A DNA stretch of 64,000 nt from Gordius albopunctatus (lineage: Eukaryota), in assembly GCA_964276515.1 (NCBI GenBank), contig OZ193909.1, positions 13,144,001-13,208,000 on the forward strand. Reading direction: 5' to 3'. This document shows, one piece after another, positions 13,801 to 27,700 of this stretch. The number at the start of each line of letters is the position of its first letter. Position 1 is the stretch's first letter. A program made the translations under genes and the position numbers. Below the pieces are notes generated by a model. The model was not told the origin of the DNA, searched no databases, and saw nothing but the letters and a program-made list of their open reading frames with translations.

Positions 13801-15783
13801 TGACTACTCTTTCGTTTTCATAACTTTATCGCGTTGCCCGTTCCATGTGACACGGGGTCGTCCTCTTACTCTCTTGTCCGGCACCTCTATGTCGAGTACT
13901 TTTCGATTTAGATCATTTGTGTCCCCCTTAGTATATGTTCATACCACTTTAACCGATTTTCGTCAATCATGTCCGCCATAGGTTGAATATTCATTTTTGT
14001 CATGAGAAAGTCATTCGTCATATGGTCAAGCTTAATTTACGCCACCCTTCCCTGGTGTTTATTGCGGATGCTTAATAATCAATTTTTAATTCCTTAAATA
14101 ATTTATTATCATAATGTCAAGTTCGATAAAAAATAAGGTTTTTTTAGTCTCACTTTGTTGTTCACATGTATTCCATCTTTATTTAGTTATTTTAATAACC
14201 CACAGTCCAGGTTTAATATGATCCATAAAATGACCACTGTCTTACGTTAATTTGTATGAGTAGTACGGCCCCAGACGAAAAGCAATTTTTATTTTTGCCC
14301 CGAATCGAGCCCGGAGCAACATCATTAATCTCGCTTATTTCCGAAACATGCGAATATTCGCTAACTTCCTAAGCAAATCCTCCTTTTTGTTTAAAATATT
14401 CCTAGATATACAACATTAAAAACTGAGATATTATGAGGGGTCGTAAAAAATCATTGCCCACAAACCTTACTTTGGTCAATAAGCTATCAGTGTACTCAGA
14501 TAATTCATAAAAACTTAAAGCAACCGGTAGGAGTTAGGGGCGGAGTCCTTCTTAGAGGTCCGAAGAACTGAGATATATCAACATTTATTGGCACTTTGTT
14601 AAAAGTATTTTCATTTTTCTCCTTATTTAACGCGCAAAAATGACAAAATTAGATTTTTTAATTTATTTAGCCACGCAGGAGGGGACACGACCGTCCTATA
14701 ATAATAATTGACGTGAAAAATAAGCAAAAAAATGACTTTGATATTTAATGTTTCAAATCGTAAAAAGTTTCCATTTTCCGCAACACATGCCTACTGCATT
14801 TATCACACTACCTACACCATAGATACGCAGTATATGTCATGAGGTGGCGTTTGAGTGACATTTAAGTAAACGTCAAAACGTCTAAAACTAAATAACATGA
14901 TTGTCTTATGACTTAGAAATTTGGAATATAGTCAAAAACCTAGGCTCAGACCTACCAAGCATTCGCAGAAATTTCCATCTAAATCGGTCCAGCCGTTTCG
15001 GAGGAGTTTAACCACCCACACCGTGACACGTGAATTTTATATATTAGATGATAAAATAATTTTCAAATGTAAAATTTGCCCAAAAAGTTTTTATTTAAGA
15101 AATCGGGCCGAGGCTGGGTTGGGCCAAAATAAAGCATTCGGGCTTGGGCCGAATAAATTCCATTTTCCATGGCTCTAGCCATAATAAATACCTTTTAAAT
15201 ATTATTATTATTTATGGTCAAACTACGGTTTTGTCATAATAAGGCTTATTGCTCCTTTCAATTTAACGTTTCTCGTTTATAGGAATTATTTTAAAATTAC
15301 CGTCTCAAAGCAGTGCATTCCATTTTTAAAAGCTTTAATCGCAATAAATCAAAATTATTCTTATCCCCAACTTTCTTACATACCAAACAATTGCCAATTA
15401 AATTATTTTATACCGTTCAATTTTAAAGCCATCTGTTTACGTTGAGTTTTAACTAATTAATAATCCTATATTCATTACTATATACACCATGATTTTTGTC
15501 AAAAGATGTTTATGGCAATATAAATAAGGTTTTCTTTCAGAGAGATCTATCCCCCGTATAAACATTTGATCGCTGTTTTTAACTTTCGTTAAATGGTTTT
15601 GTTCATAATCCCTTCCCAGAAGATAGCTGAAGTTTACAAAATTGCCAGCTAAAATACTTATAAAATTGAGCGTGGTCTTGAATAATCCAATAAAAAAAAC
15701 AATATAAACCAGGACAACTTCAGTGCTTGAAGGGCCATGATCCCCTGTCAGCGATTACAATTTTATCAAATAATTTGGAAACC
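10691..15783. repeat. Tandem segmental duplication, copy 2
   Basis: Matches 1-5093. Confidence 0.95.
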
Positions 15784-18700
15784 TGATAGTTTAAGGCCAC
15801 GTTCCCCCACTAGGGTGTCATACTGATGAGGCATGTGCATGATAGAGGCGTGAATATCTGCCATCTGAGCTGCTTCGTACACCTTCTCGATTGGCGCTTT
15901 CAAATTGCCGTACCAAATGTTGTGTAGGATGGTGTCGTGGAATAAAATTGTATCCTAAGCACGTAAAATGTTAGTCGAATATACAGGGAAGGATTAAAGA
16001 ACTCATTATTGAATGGCAACTCATAGCGGTACTCACGGGCGTAGCCGGCTAAATCCAAAAAATTATTCAAAATACGGCTAAAATTTCTAAAAATTATGAT
16101 TATTTTGCCCCTCCCTAAATCATTATTGCCCCCCCCTCTAATCCCAATGCTGACTAGGCCCATCACATGACGGTACTTATTTAATCAAAATAATTTTTGC
16201 AAATTTTATTGTCATGCAATTCATTTATTCCATTCGTGCGATTTTATAGTGACTTGAAAATACATAAATTTTATATGCGGCGATAAAAAGTAGCACCCCA
16301 AGCAAAGCTATAGCGCGCTACATTTTTAAAATTAACTTTAACAGCTCTGTTGCAAATTAATCTTTATAATACAGTTATCTTCAAGGGTTTTTAGATTTCA
16401 AATGTGGTGCAATTTTTATATTTAGAGCAAAAAAATTTATAGGCAATCAATTACAGACTGCAAATGAGATAATGAATGATCCTCAGTGAATTACAATAAA
16501 TTTTCAACGATTGAGGAGGTACAATACTATTTCAATATACCAATAATTTCTACCGTGATTTAGTGAAAATCATGTAGACCACACCAAAATTGTATAACCC
16601 TTACTATTCACACCACGTTAAGATTTTGCCATTTAAAATATAACAATAGTTTTTAAATTAAATTATTTTTATCCAAGGCCAGAGTTGTTAAACGCACCTC
16701 AAAAACCGGTGCGCGCACTCGCACTCGCACATTGAGGAAAATCCGGTGCGGGCACTCGCACCCGCACCTAAAATTTTATTGCACTATAACAAAACAAAAT
16801 ATAGAGCAATGTTCAATGCATAACCTTTATTTTGTCTAATGCAAAAAACTAATAAATTTATTATAATTATAAACCTACAAGTGATTCTAGATGTCAATGT
16901 CTGTCGACACATGACATCAACATGAGATTTTGAGAAAGCACTTAGTAGCTTTCTAAAGGATGGATTATCCACAATTGAAAGAGGCTGAATTGTGTTGATG
17001 ACATAATTCACGAAGGCTTCTTCCCGACTTACCTCTTAAGTAAAATTTACAATATTCTGGTTAGATTTATCTAAGACTTTCTTTTTCTTATTGTCATTTC
17101 TAAGCTTTTGTAATGTACTATTATGAAATCTCTATAAATTTTTTTATAAAATAAGTAACAAGATTACCTTTAGATGCCTAGTCAAATTGAAACAAGATCT
17201 AGAAGAAGTCTTGAGTTTGGCATTGCATAAAAGACATTGCACCTCAAAATTAAGTATATTATGCTGATTATCTTTAAGTTTAAAAAAACAGGCATATTTC
17301 GGAAATGGAAAAATTGTCATGCATGATGTGCTTGCTATATTTATGCTTGATTCTTCTATTTCCATAACTCACTATCATATTAAAGTGTTATATATAAGCA
17401 GTGAGAAAAGAAAAGAGTAAAAAATTGGATAAGGAGTACTATGATAACAATACAATAAATAATATAAATTAATAATTAAAATTAATTAACTAATTTAATA
17501 TATTTTAATGAAAATTAATTGTAATTAGATCATTATATGTGATTAAACTTACGATAGCAAATATAGGTTCAAAAATCAAAAGTGTAAAGATTAATCGTTG
17601 ATTGATAAAGTAAATACGTGAATAATGTGAAATTGAAATATCGCGATTAGATTATTTTTATTGTCTATTGATAGTAACCAATTTCCAGCCTTGTTATCTT
17701 CTCCACCAGGAACATAGATGTATGTTATATATATATAGTAAATCAGTAGAAATTTAATTTGTGAAATATGCGATATAATACAATTTCGAATAAATTAATA
17801 AATTGTAAAACTCTTAATGTGCGCAAAAAAGGAGCGCAATTGCGCACCCGCACCGACTTAATCAGGTGCGCGCACCCGCACTCGCTCTTCGTTATAAAAA
17901 AGTGTGCGCACCAGCACGTCGCACCACAAATCCGGTGCGCGCTCTTGATGTGCGCGCTCCTTAACAACTCTGTCCAAGGCAAAATATCGAGCCGTGAGAG
18001 CAAACTCACATCAATAAATTTGTTTAATATATCCGCATGTGCCTAACCTTTTCAAAGTTGTTTCATTCTAAAAGCTCAGGGTCAAAAGTGTTGCATGCTA
18101 AATATGACTCAACACTTAGTACTTGCAAATTATTATATGCGTTTAAAGAAATAAAACGACGGTGTCCATATAAAAAGCTTTAATGTAAAAGAAAGGTTGC
18201 TGTTAAGTGTAGTACTTGAGGCACGACTCCTATTTCTTTTCTCAAGCTATCCAAGCAAACTTGCCGAATATCTCTGTGATTGATATCGATTGAACCAGAA
18301 CGCGGATCGTAGAAACGGAAGAGTAAACGAATTATGGTCGATTTGCTAATAATGTAATCATATATTAAATCATATTAAATGGTGTCAACTTTTAAATTCA
18401 TGATTGCGAGTGCGCCAGTTTTTGATGAGCGCTCTGTTATTTTAGCGTCAAAAGTTTAAATGCGTGATATGTTGACCACAAATAATTGAATTTTAAAACA
18501 CCCTTTTAAACTATGGTCTTTTTTTATGAAATAATTATAGCTCACACCCAAACTAGGTATTATGTATTTATGATTCACTTAAAATCTCAGCAAACATGAT
18601 TAGTTGCAAAAATTTTGAAGTAATAGCTATACGTTAGCTTTTATGTCGCATTTTGCATACATTTATGAATAATTTGACTGGCAATTGTTATTTAAAGTTA

Positions 18701-21700
18701 AAGGCACCATCAAAGTGAAGAAATTTAAACGAACCAAAATAAAAATCCGTATAAAATGATAACAGCACAAATATCGTCCACGAGGAGCGGTCACGGTGAT
18801 TTAATAGTAAATTTGGCAATTAAGCCAAGTTTTTTGTTTAATAGAAGGTTTGCGAAATAATTTAAGGATTTATCATAAAAAAATAAAATGCACGGAGTGC
18901 GAAAGTTGCTAAGCTTAAAAAAACGTTTGAGACAAAAATGTTGAATGGCACCAAGGCTTCTTTTTGGCTGTCTTGCGGTCCTCTAGGAAGGCGGAATTTA
19001 GTTGGAAGGTCAAAAATGTATACCGAGGTAAAATCGTATGTCAAGATGAGACATCGGGTAGCATTTTTACAATCAAAAAATGGTCAGGTAAATTCTGAAA
19101 TTTGAGAGCCCTTTTTTTGCTATGCCCTATATATTATTTTCTAATGTGTTACACGTTCAGCAGTTTACAGCAATTAAGGCCTGAATCCCCTCAATCCTTG
19201 AGCCGTCAGATCCCTCCCTTGAAGGTAGGATGCGCCCTGACGGCTCTTCTCTAGTCCCCTGGCAAAATGGACTATCCCTCAAATGGGATTTTACTTGTAT
19301 TGACCTTTTTGCACCTTCCCATTTTAATTACAACCCTATTTCTACAGCAGAAGGCCGTAAAACTAGAAAGTATTCTACCCTTTTGGCATCCAATATTTTT
19401 ATCCCTGTCGTTGACACGTGCTCCGGTTCCTTTGGCAAACAGGCAATGGGGTTTTTTAAAGAAATCGGAAAACGCACCCCGAAATCTAAAATTTCTGCGT
19501 CCTTTTTACTCAGGCAACTAGGAATTCTTGACTTTAAATCCTTTGCCGACTCATGGCCCATTTTAGAAGAGAATGATATAGATCATTGTATTTAACCAAT
19601 ATGTCTGTATTTTTGTATTTCGCTTATTTATGTAACTTTGTTTCTTGAAAATAAACTTTTTAACAAAAAAAAAATTTAAAAGGAAATAGGATAAAAAAAT
19701 TTACTCCTCTAATATCAACCCATAGGAAATAAAAAAATGGCAAAGAGGTAAAACTGGTAATGGACATCCCACAGCATTTAAATCCTTTTCCCTCGAGTAT
19801 AGAATATATGGGGTGTTTGGATTGAATATAGCAGATCAGTCACCTAGAGCCAGCACGAATAACTGGCATTTGATCGGTATGTTAAGGATGACATTTAGGC
19901 GATGACCGGTATATGATAAGTCAACGAGTTTAAGGGAGCTGGGCGTCCTAACCGTTGGCTTTGGTAGGCAGTGCAGTTTGGAGGCGATAGGGAGTCTTAA
20001 ATCTGATGTTAAGAGTTTTTGAACAATTACACACTTCCGTATGATATCGGGTCGCAAAATTGCAGTCGGGGGGGGGGGGGGGAAGCAGCTCATTATGGAC
20101 ACGTAAAAGCAATTTTGGGTGGTGTAAAAGGCATGGTGTTTTTGTCTAAGGCATTATGGAGCTCTATTGTAAACTCCCGGGGTAGAAGCTAAAAGGTTTG
20201 AAATTCCTAACTCTATAGCCGTAGAATTTAATCGTGAAAGCTTTCAAAATGTGAACTTAATAGGCATCCCCTGGATTGTTATTATACCAAATTCAAATAT
20301 GGCGGAGCAAAACAAGGCGCTCATTATAGTCCTTTTTTCATTTGATTTTTCATTGCGAGGAGAAATGCCAACATGTGGCCCCTCTCCCATAAATGTTTTA
20401 AACCGTATAAACATTCCGCCTCGAAACCAAAACTAAAGCTAGAGAGTCAAAAACCAAGCCTTCCTTTCATCTAACATTTTTATCCAGGGGGCCTTAGTTT
20501 AGGAACTGTCGAGCCCCGTGTAATTAGTTTTCTTATTTTGCAGGAGCGGTCCATCCTCAAATTCCACAAGCCTAAAATTCTGTAAACTAATTGAGAAGAG
20601 TGGTGTTTGTAGTGTACTTAACGTTTTTTTATTACCCCTTTTATTCCCCCCCATCACGCATACTTGTACGCGTTTCGTTTATGATGATTCATATTTGTAG
20701 TATCGCGATGATAAAAATAGATATTTTAATTACCATGATTTAGTGATTTTGATTACTACACATTTTTTATTATTTTCGCTTGCAGAAAATATATATATTC
20801 TCCGAAAATGTAACCCTTCAGAAAAGAGAACTTAATAAACCTTTTTCGCGGATCCATAAATTTTAAATAAATAAATGTGAAGCTCGAAAATATTCTTCAA
20901 TTTGGACTCTAAATCAATAAAGCCTTTCGTTATCTATTTTTGGAAATATAAACAGAAGTGTGATTTTTATTATCACTCTTCTACAATTGTCAGTTACTTT
21001 GTGGATGACAAATGTATTATTAGGCATGGTAATCTTTAAGTTTTATTTTTATTGGTTTAATAATAAACCGATTGTTTAAGGGCTTGTCTTAATATCGGAT
21101 TTAGCTGCGCAGCAAAAATCGTCGTACGGGTTATAACATAGCTGCCGTGTCTTAACTTCGAATTCACACCAGATTTGCATATTAGGTGCTTAACATAACA
21201 GCGATTTTGTAAGATGCAAATTTTTTCCTAAGCTTAAATGTTGTATGTTGTTAAATTTATAGGCATCGACAAAGTTTAGATTTAATATCTAGAGTTAAAA
21301 TAAACAAGGAACGTTTTTAACTATCAAAAAACAAAATATTATTAATTACAACCGAGTTTGACTCATGAAATTGAATCATGGGATATTTAGACAAAGATAA
21401 ATTCGCGCGATTTGAATCTGAATCCGATATTAAGACAAGCCCTAAGGGCCATCTATAATTTGACTATAAGAAAGCGATGGTTAGCACCGACGCAGCTTAA
21501 AATAACATACCTCGTCATGGGCGTAGCCAGAGGGTGGCAAGGAGGGGGGCGGCTGCCCCTCTAAATCCAAAATTTTGTCAAAATCTAATATATAATTATC
21601 ACTAAAATTACTAAAAATCTTCATTTTGCCCCCGATTCAATCCTGGCTATGCCCATGCACCTCGTCTTCCAAATAAGTGTAGAAATGATATAATATTAGA

Positions 21701-24700
21701 TTTAAAAAAAATGATAAAAATTTTAAGGTTGTTTAAGGCTTAGTAATAAAATATAAATTAAACGAGAGCGTACCCGCATCCGCTACCTCCCACTATAGCC
21801 ACCTTTTTGCCGGCAGGGACGTGAAAGGATAAATCTTTAACGATATCCCTATCATCTGTATACCCGAATGTTACGTCTTTGAACGTTACTTCCGCACTAT
21901 CTCTACCATTCCCAGACGGAAACAGGGGAGGCAAGTTGGGGACATCCTTAAAGAACAAATATAATTAAAATAACATTTTAAATTTTTTAAATAAGCGGTA
22001 AACATTTATTTAGGAAACATACCAATTCCTTTAAATAAAAAATAAAGAGGGCTAAAAGGTATGAAATTAAGGGCAAAGTTTATCCTTTATTAAATCAGTC
22101 TTTTAATTAAACTTATTGATGCTCAAGGAGCTCAACAAATTAAAAACGTCCATTGATATAATATAAATTTTAAAAAAAAATCAGAAGCATATTTAGAAGG
22201 TGGGAGCCTCATAATAACATATTAATAAGGGAAGGTCAAAGTGGTTTAAACAAATTAAGTGTAACTTTGACCATTTACACTGTAATTTATTGGTTTTTTT
22301 GAGAGCGCACACCCAAAGTCTAGACTTGGGTCAAGGGGCGTAGCCAAGAAGGAGAGGCAATCTTCACCCACAAATTATATTAAAAGTTATTTAATTATAT
22401 TAAAAGTAATTTAATTATATTAAATTTAATTATGAATCATCTCGCTATATAACCAATTCTTACCCCATTCTCCTTAATTCCTGTATAAGCCGACGTTCAC
22501 TTGCATATACCCTGCACGGGCCGAGCCCCCCAAAAATTAAATAAATAAATGGGACTAACTTAGTCCTAATAAATTATTTAATTTCTAATGCTGTCCGGGG
22601 ACGACAGGAAGCAAAGCGGGTAGAAGCCCCTCCCCGTCTACCCCTGGCTACACCCGTGCTATTTGATTAAGACGGTAGCAATAAAATGAAATAGCCAGAG
22701 TTTGTTGTTGTATTACGTGAATCACGGGTTTGAGTTTAATGAGCGAAAACATGGCTTGCATATCTATTTGTTGCTGCTTTAGTCCTCGTAAGGTAGTCCC
22801 ATATACTAGTTCAGCACTAGAACAGGCTAGATCTTCTTTGATTGTCGTTCTAATGCCTAGTAATATCAACGGAAGTGATTCGGACCACTTGTTAGTGTTG
22901 TTTTTTGTCATGATCGAACTCTTTAATTGACGATGGAAACGTTCGACCAGCCCATTGGCTTGTGGGTGATAGGCAGTTGTAGTTATGTGATGATAACCAA
23001 GAAGTTGGGAAAATTGTCGGAATAGCGTTGAACGAAACTGCGATCCTCTGTCGGAAGTTATCGTGCTTGGGACGCCGAAGTTTGCTATCCAATGTGTTAA
23101 AAATGTACTACTTACAGTTTCGGCAGAGGTATCTTTTATAGGTATTGCTATTGGCCACCGGGTGTATCTATCTATGGCTGTAAAAATGTAGTTGTAACCA
23201 TTGGATGGTGGTAAGGGGCCAACGATGTCTAGGTGGACATGGCTGAATCGAGCATCTGGTTGGTTAAATGTACCTGGCGTAGAAATAACATGTTTATGTA
23301 TTTTGCTGACCTGGCAATTATGACATTGCTGAGCCCATCTTCGTACATCATGATTCATTTTAGGCCAGACAAAACGTTTTAAAATAAGTTTTAAGGTTGA
23401 ATTGATACCCGGATGTGATAATCCGTGATATTGATTAAAAACTGTTTGTAGCAAGGTAGCAGGTACCAGGGGTCGAGGCGTTGCTTGAGAAACATCACAA
23501 ATGATATTTTGTTTGGAATCTGGTATAGGGAATTGTTCCAATATTAAGGATTTCATTTCATCATTTGTGTAATTTTCAAGTTTTTGTCTCGTAGCTATTA
23601 GTTCCAGCAATGACTGTGATGCTAGGAGTTGGATTGTATCAATGTCTGTACGTGACAAAGTATCGGCCACAATGTTTGTGTTACCTCGGATATATTGGAT
23701 GTCCGATGTGAATTGAGATATGTAGTCCAGTTGACGAATTTCACGAGGAGAGTATTTGCCTGACTTTGCCTTAAGTGCATAAGTTAAGGGTTTGTGGTCA
23801 GTATATACTGTGAAATGTCGTCCTTCGAGAACATGGTTGTAATATTTTATCGTAACACCCACTCCTGTATCATAGTCAAGGCACATGACTTGACATTCTT
23901 ACTAATCCTGTTGATAATCCTATTTCTTGAAGTTGTCTGATTGTTCTTTTGTGTTATTATGGCGCGCGTCTTTGAGACTCCAACATACACCCTACAAACT
24001 GCTCATGCCATTTTGAACATGATGAGCGTAGCCAATGAAATTCTAAAGGAAAACATCCCCGACCTCTCAAAAAGAATATTTGCATGTGAGAACATAGGAT
24101 CGGAATCTAACGCATTCTTGTATGGATATAGCAATATCCACCTCCCCGAGTTCGATGACCAATTGGCTGGGGTGGATTATGAAGACATTGATGCCCACAT
24201 GAGGTACTGTTACGCCGAAGGTTTAAAAATAAAAAATACAGATAAGTTACTAAGGATTGCCTCGTACGGTGTACTCTTTGATTTAGAGTATATACTACCT
24301 TCGACATTGACATGGTCTCCAGAGTACACTGCCATAGGATTTGCTATGACACCCATGGCCGTAGGTGGTTTTAGACTCTTGTTGATGAATGCCATGGCAT
24401 ACTTGTTTAGTTTTCTCCTCATATTCATGTCGCTCATTTTCTCTTTTAGCTTACATGCCCCAAGCCTCTTGGGGCATGGAAGGCAACCACTTGCTGGAAT
24501 CTGTCCAACCGCTCTATCACGTTGTTAGATTGAAGTGTGAGGTCAATTGCGCGCCTGATTGCGTAATAATAGCACAACATGGGGTCGGATCCGCGAGCAG
24601 AGGATGCTCTGGCTGAGCCTAGAACTGTATCTACTTGTACTATCGAGGATGAGAGCCTTCTGGTGTAATCACGGTCTATTTTGGCAAAAGTCTCCATATC

Positions 24701-27700
24701 AACGAAGACCTCTGATCCTTGGCAGTACATCCTGTTAAGATAGATGAACTTTATTGTTGAATATATGGTCTTGGACAGGTTCAATTCAGCACCCATATCT
24801 CTCCACACGGACACTGTTGTATCGAAGTGCATAGATGCAGCCCTCTGGCATTCTTCCTTGGTCATTGAGCTTGGGAATTGGACCCCCTGTACGGCATCAT
24901 CAATCAACCCGGCTGTATCAGCTCTAGTTTCATCAGGCAAATATCCTGCCTCTTTGCCCTTCCTAACACAATATGTACTTATGTGGACATTGAAAATTGA
25001 GTCTGCGGTGCCAGTCCAGCCTTGGAATAAGCCACCATCTGCTGGGTTGTGCTGGAGTATTCCTCTCTTGGATATCGCTATCTAGATGCCACTGAGAATC
25101 TTCTCCAACTTTAGCCATGTGCCATTGCTCGTAAGACCAACGCTATAATCGTGGTGCTTCGACCATAGATGCCTGGGTGCGCTTGGGCTCCAGCCGCTAG
25201 CATCGTTGGATATGATGACACCCATTCTTCTATCGATTGCGTATGAGTTTATTCTGTCAAATATATTTTAAACTGCGCAGTCGTCTTTCCTTGAGGTCAC
25301 ACCACTGTACAAATAAGCGAGCTGAATCAAGCTTTGATCATACTCTGACATTAATTCCCTCGTTATGGCATCAGCCGAGAGTGTCTCTCTCATTTTGTCC
25401 CCACTCTTTGTGTTCTCAGCTTTGAAGGCAACATCTGCGAGTTTGTCCCAAGGCATTGTGCCTGCTTTACACATGTCGTAGATTTTCTTCGGTGGATAGC
25501 CTGGCTCAATCTCAGGTGCGTTGTTAAGCATGTAGAGCAATTCGTTTCCCTCAAATGGTTTGACCTGTAGTCTGGCTGTTACAGTTTTGTAATTACTCAA
25601 TAATGGTGGGATCCTCGTTACGTCGCCAACTGTTAGGTACCATGTGTGCAGCCTGATGGGAACCTTGAAATAGTTCACAACATATGCCTTACCCCATTCA
25701 TTTTTGGGTGGCAGACAAAGATCCCCTTTCTTGCACCTATCTGCCCATTTCTTTCCTTCGATGGAGTAATCCCCTTCTGTTTCCAATTTTACACTACCCT
25801 TGGATTTAGCCAACAATTTTGCTAAGTCAGATGCTTTCACGTAATTTAAGAATGTCTCAAACTCCCTTGGATTGCCCTTGTTGGTCTCTCTCAACTGTTT
25901 CTCAAAGCGTCTGTAGGCAGACAGGGGGGGGCATCGGGACAAGGCAGCAAGTGGTACATGTATGCTAGGTTAAGTGCTTCTCTACAGTTGGCCCCAGACT
26001 CTATTAGAGCATCAAACCAAGTTGGGCTATATATCGCTATATCTTTTAAATCCTTCATCAATGTTTGCAGCCTCTTCGATGCACCGAGCTCTAGCTTCTC
26101 TGCATGGTTGTGTAGGTTGTTTTGCAAGATAGACATGCATTGTTTCATCCATTTGCCAAGAACCTCAGGGTTCCTGAACTGCATCATGGTTTAACAGAGC
26201 CATTTAAACAAGTACCTATAAGATTGCAGAAAAGAAGTGACGCGCTTTGCTTGGCCAATCCTGTAGAAATGGGCATAGAACTCCATGCCATACCATGTCT
26301 TCATGAGAGCCCTGATCTGGTCGAGGTGGGCATGATCAAGGATGAATATTACATCGTTAGTGATTAACACTGTCATGGCAGAGATCCTGTAGATGGCTCT
26401 AACGCCAAGATTTCTTCCTGGGTAGTTTCCCTTTATCCTAAAGCATTCCAAGTATGTTCGTGTAGACATGATGTCACTGTGTGCCTGGGCCATTTCCTTA
26501 GTTGAGCCAGCCAATCTCATCTTTTCCCAGACCTCACATACATGTAACGCCCCGATTAATTCTTTGGTGTACCCACTATAGGAGGGTATACGTGTAGACA
26601 TGTTATCAATTACTTCTTTACCCAAGTTGCAGGATATGAGCCCAGATGCTGCTACATTCATGGCTATTGAATGTGAATCGTTCAATCTGCAATGCATCAG
26701 AGAAGGCCATGAGCAGATGGAACCATTCACATTCTTATAGGTACTTGTTTAAATGNNNNNNNNNNNNNNNNNNNNNNNNNNNNNNNNNNNNNNNNNNNNN
26801 NNNNNNNNNNNNNNNNNNNNNNNNNNNNNNNNNNNNNNNNNNNNNNNNNNNNNNNNNNNNNNNNNNNNNNNNNNNNNNNNNNNNNNNNNNNNNNNNNNNN
26901 NNNNNNNNNNNNNNNNNNNNNNNNNNNNNNNNNNNNNNNNNNNNNNNNNNNNNNNAGGCAACATCTGCGAGTTTGTCCCAAGGCATTGTGCCTGCTTTAC
27001 ACATGTCGTAGATTTTCTTCGGTGGATAGCCTGGCTCAATCTCAGGTGCGTTGTTAAGCATGTAGAGCAATTCGTTTCCCTCAAATGGTTTGACCTGTAG
27101 TCTGGCTGTTACAGTTTTGTAATTACTCAATAATGGTGGGATCCTCGTTACGTCGCCAACTGTTAGGTACCATGTGTGCAGCCTGATGGGAACCTTGAAA
27201 TAGTTCACAACATATGCCTTACCCCATTCATTTTTGGGTGGCAGACAAAGATCCCCTTTCTTGCACCTATCTGCCCATTTCTTTCCTTCGATGGAGTAAT
27301 CCCCTTCTGTTTCCAATTTTACACTACCCTTGGATTTAGCCAACAATTTTGCTAAGTCAGATGCTTTCACGTAATTTAAGAATGTCTCAAACTCCCTTGG
27401 ATTGCCCTTGTTGGTCTCTCTCAACTGTTTCTCAAAGCGTCTGTAGGCAGACAGGGGGGGGCATCGGGACAAGGCAGCAAGTGGTACATGTATGCTAGGT
27501 TAAGTGCTTCTCTACAGTTGGCCCCAGACTCTATTAGAGCATCAAACCAAGTTGGGCTATATATCGCTATATCTTTTAAATCCTTCATCAATGTTTGCAG
27601 CCTCTTCGATGCACCGAGCTCTAGCTTCTCTGCATGGTTGTGTAGGTTGTTTTGCAAGATAGACATGCATTGTTTCATCCATTTGCCAAGAACCTCAGGG

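Noticed and set aside
17743..18046. Cys/Ala/His-rich ORFs on both strands
   Set aside because: They are translations of the GCGCAC subterminal repeats of a hAT element.
19700..20600. GC-richer stretch with short ORFs in ABCB7 intron 10
   Set aside because: Probably a decayed retroelement, but no motif could be assigned; no ABCB7 sequence is missing between exons 10 and 11.
26646..27100. ORFs containing X runs
   Set aside because: Artefacts of translating through the N gap.
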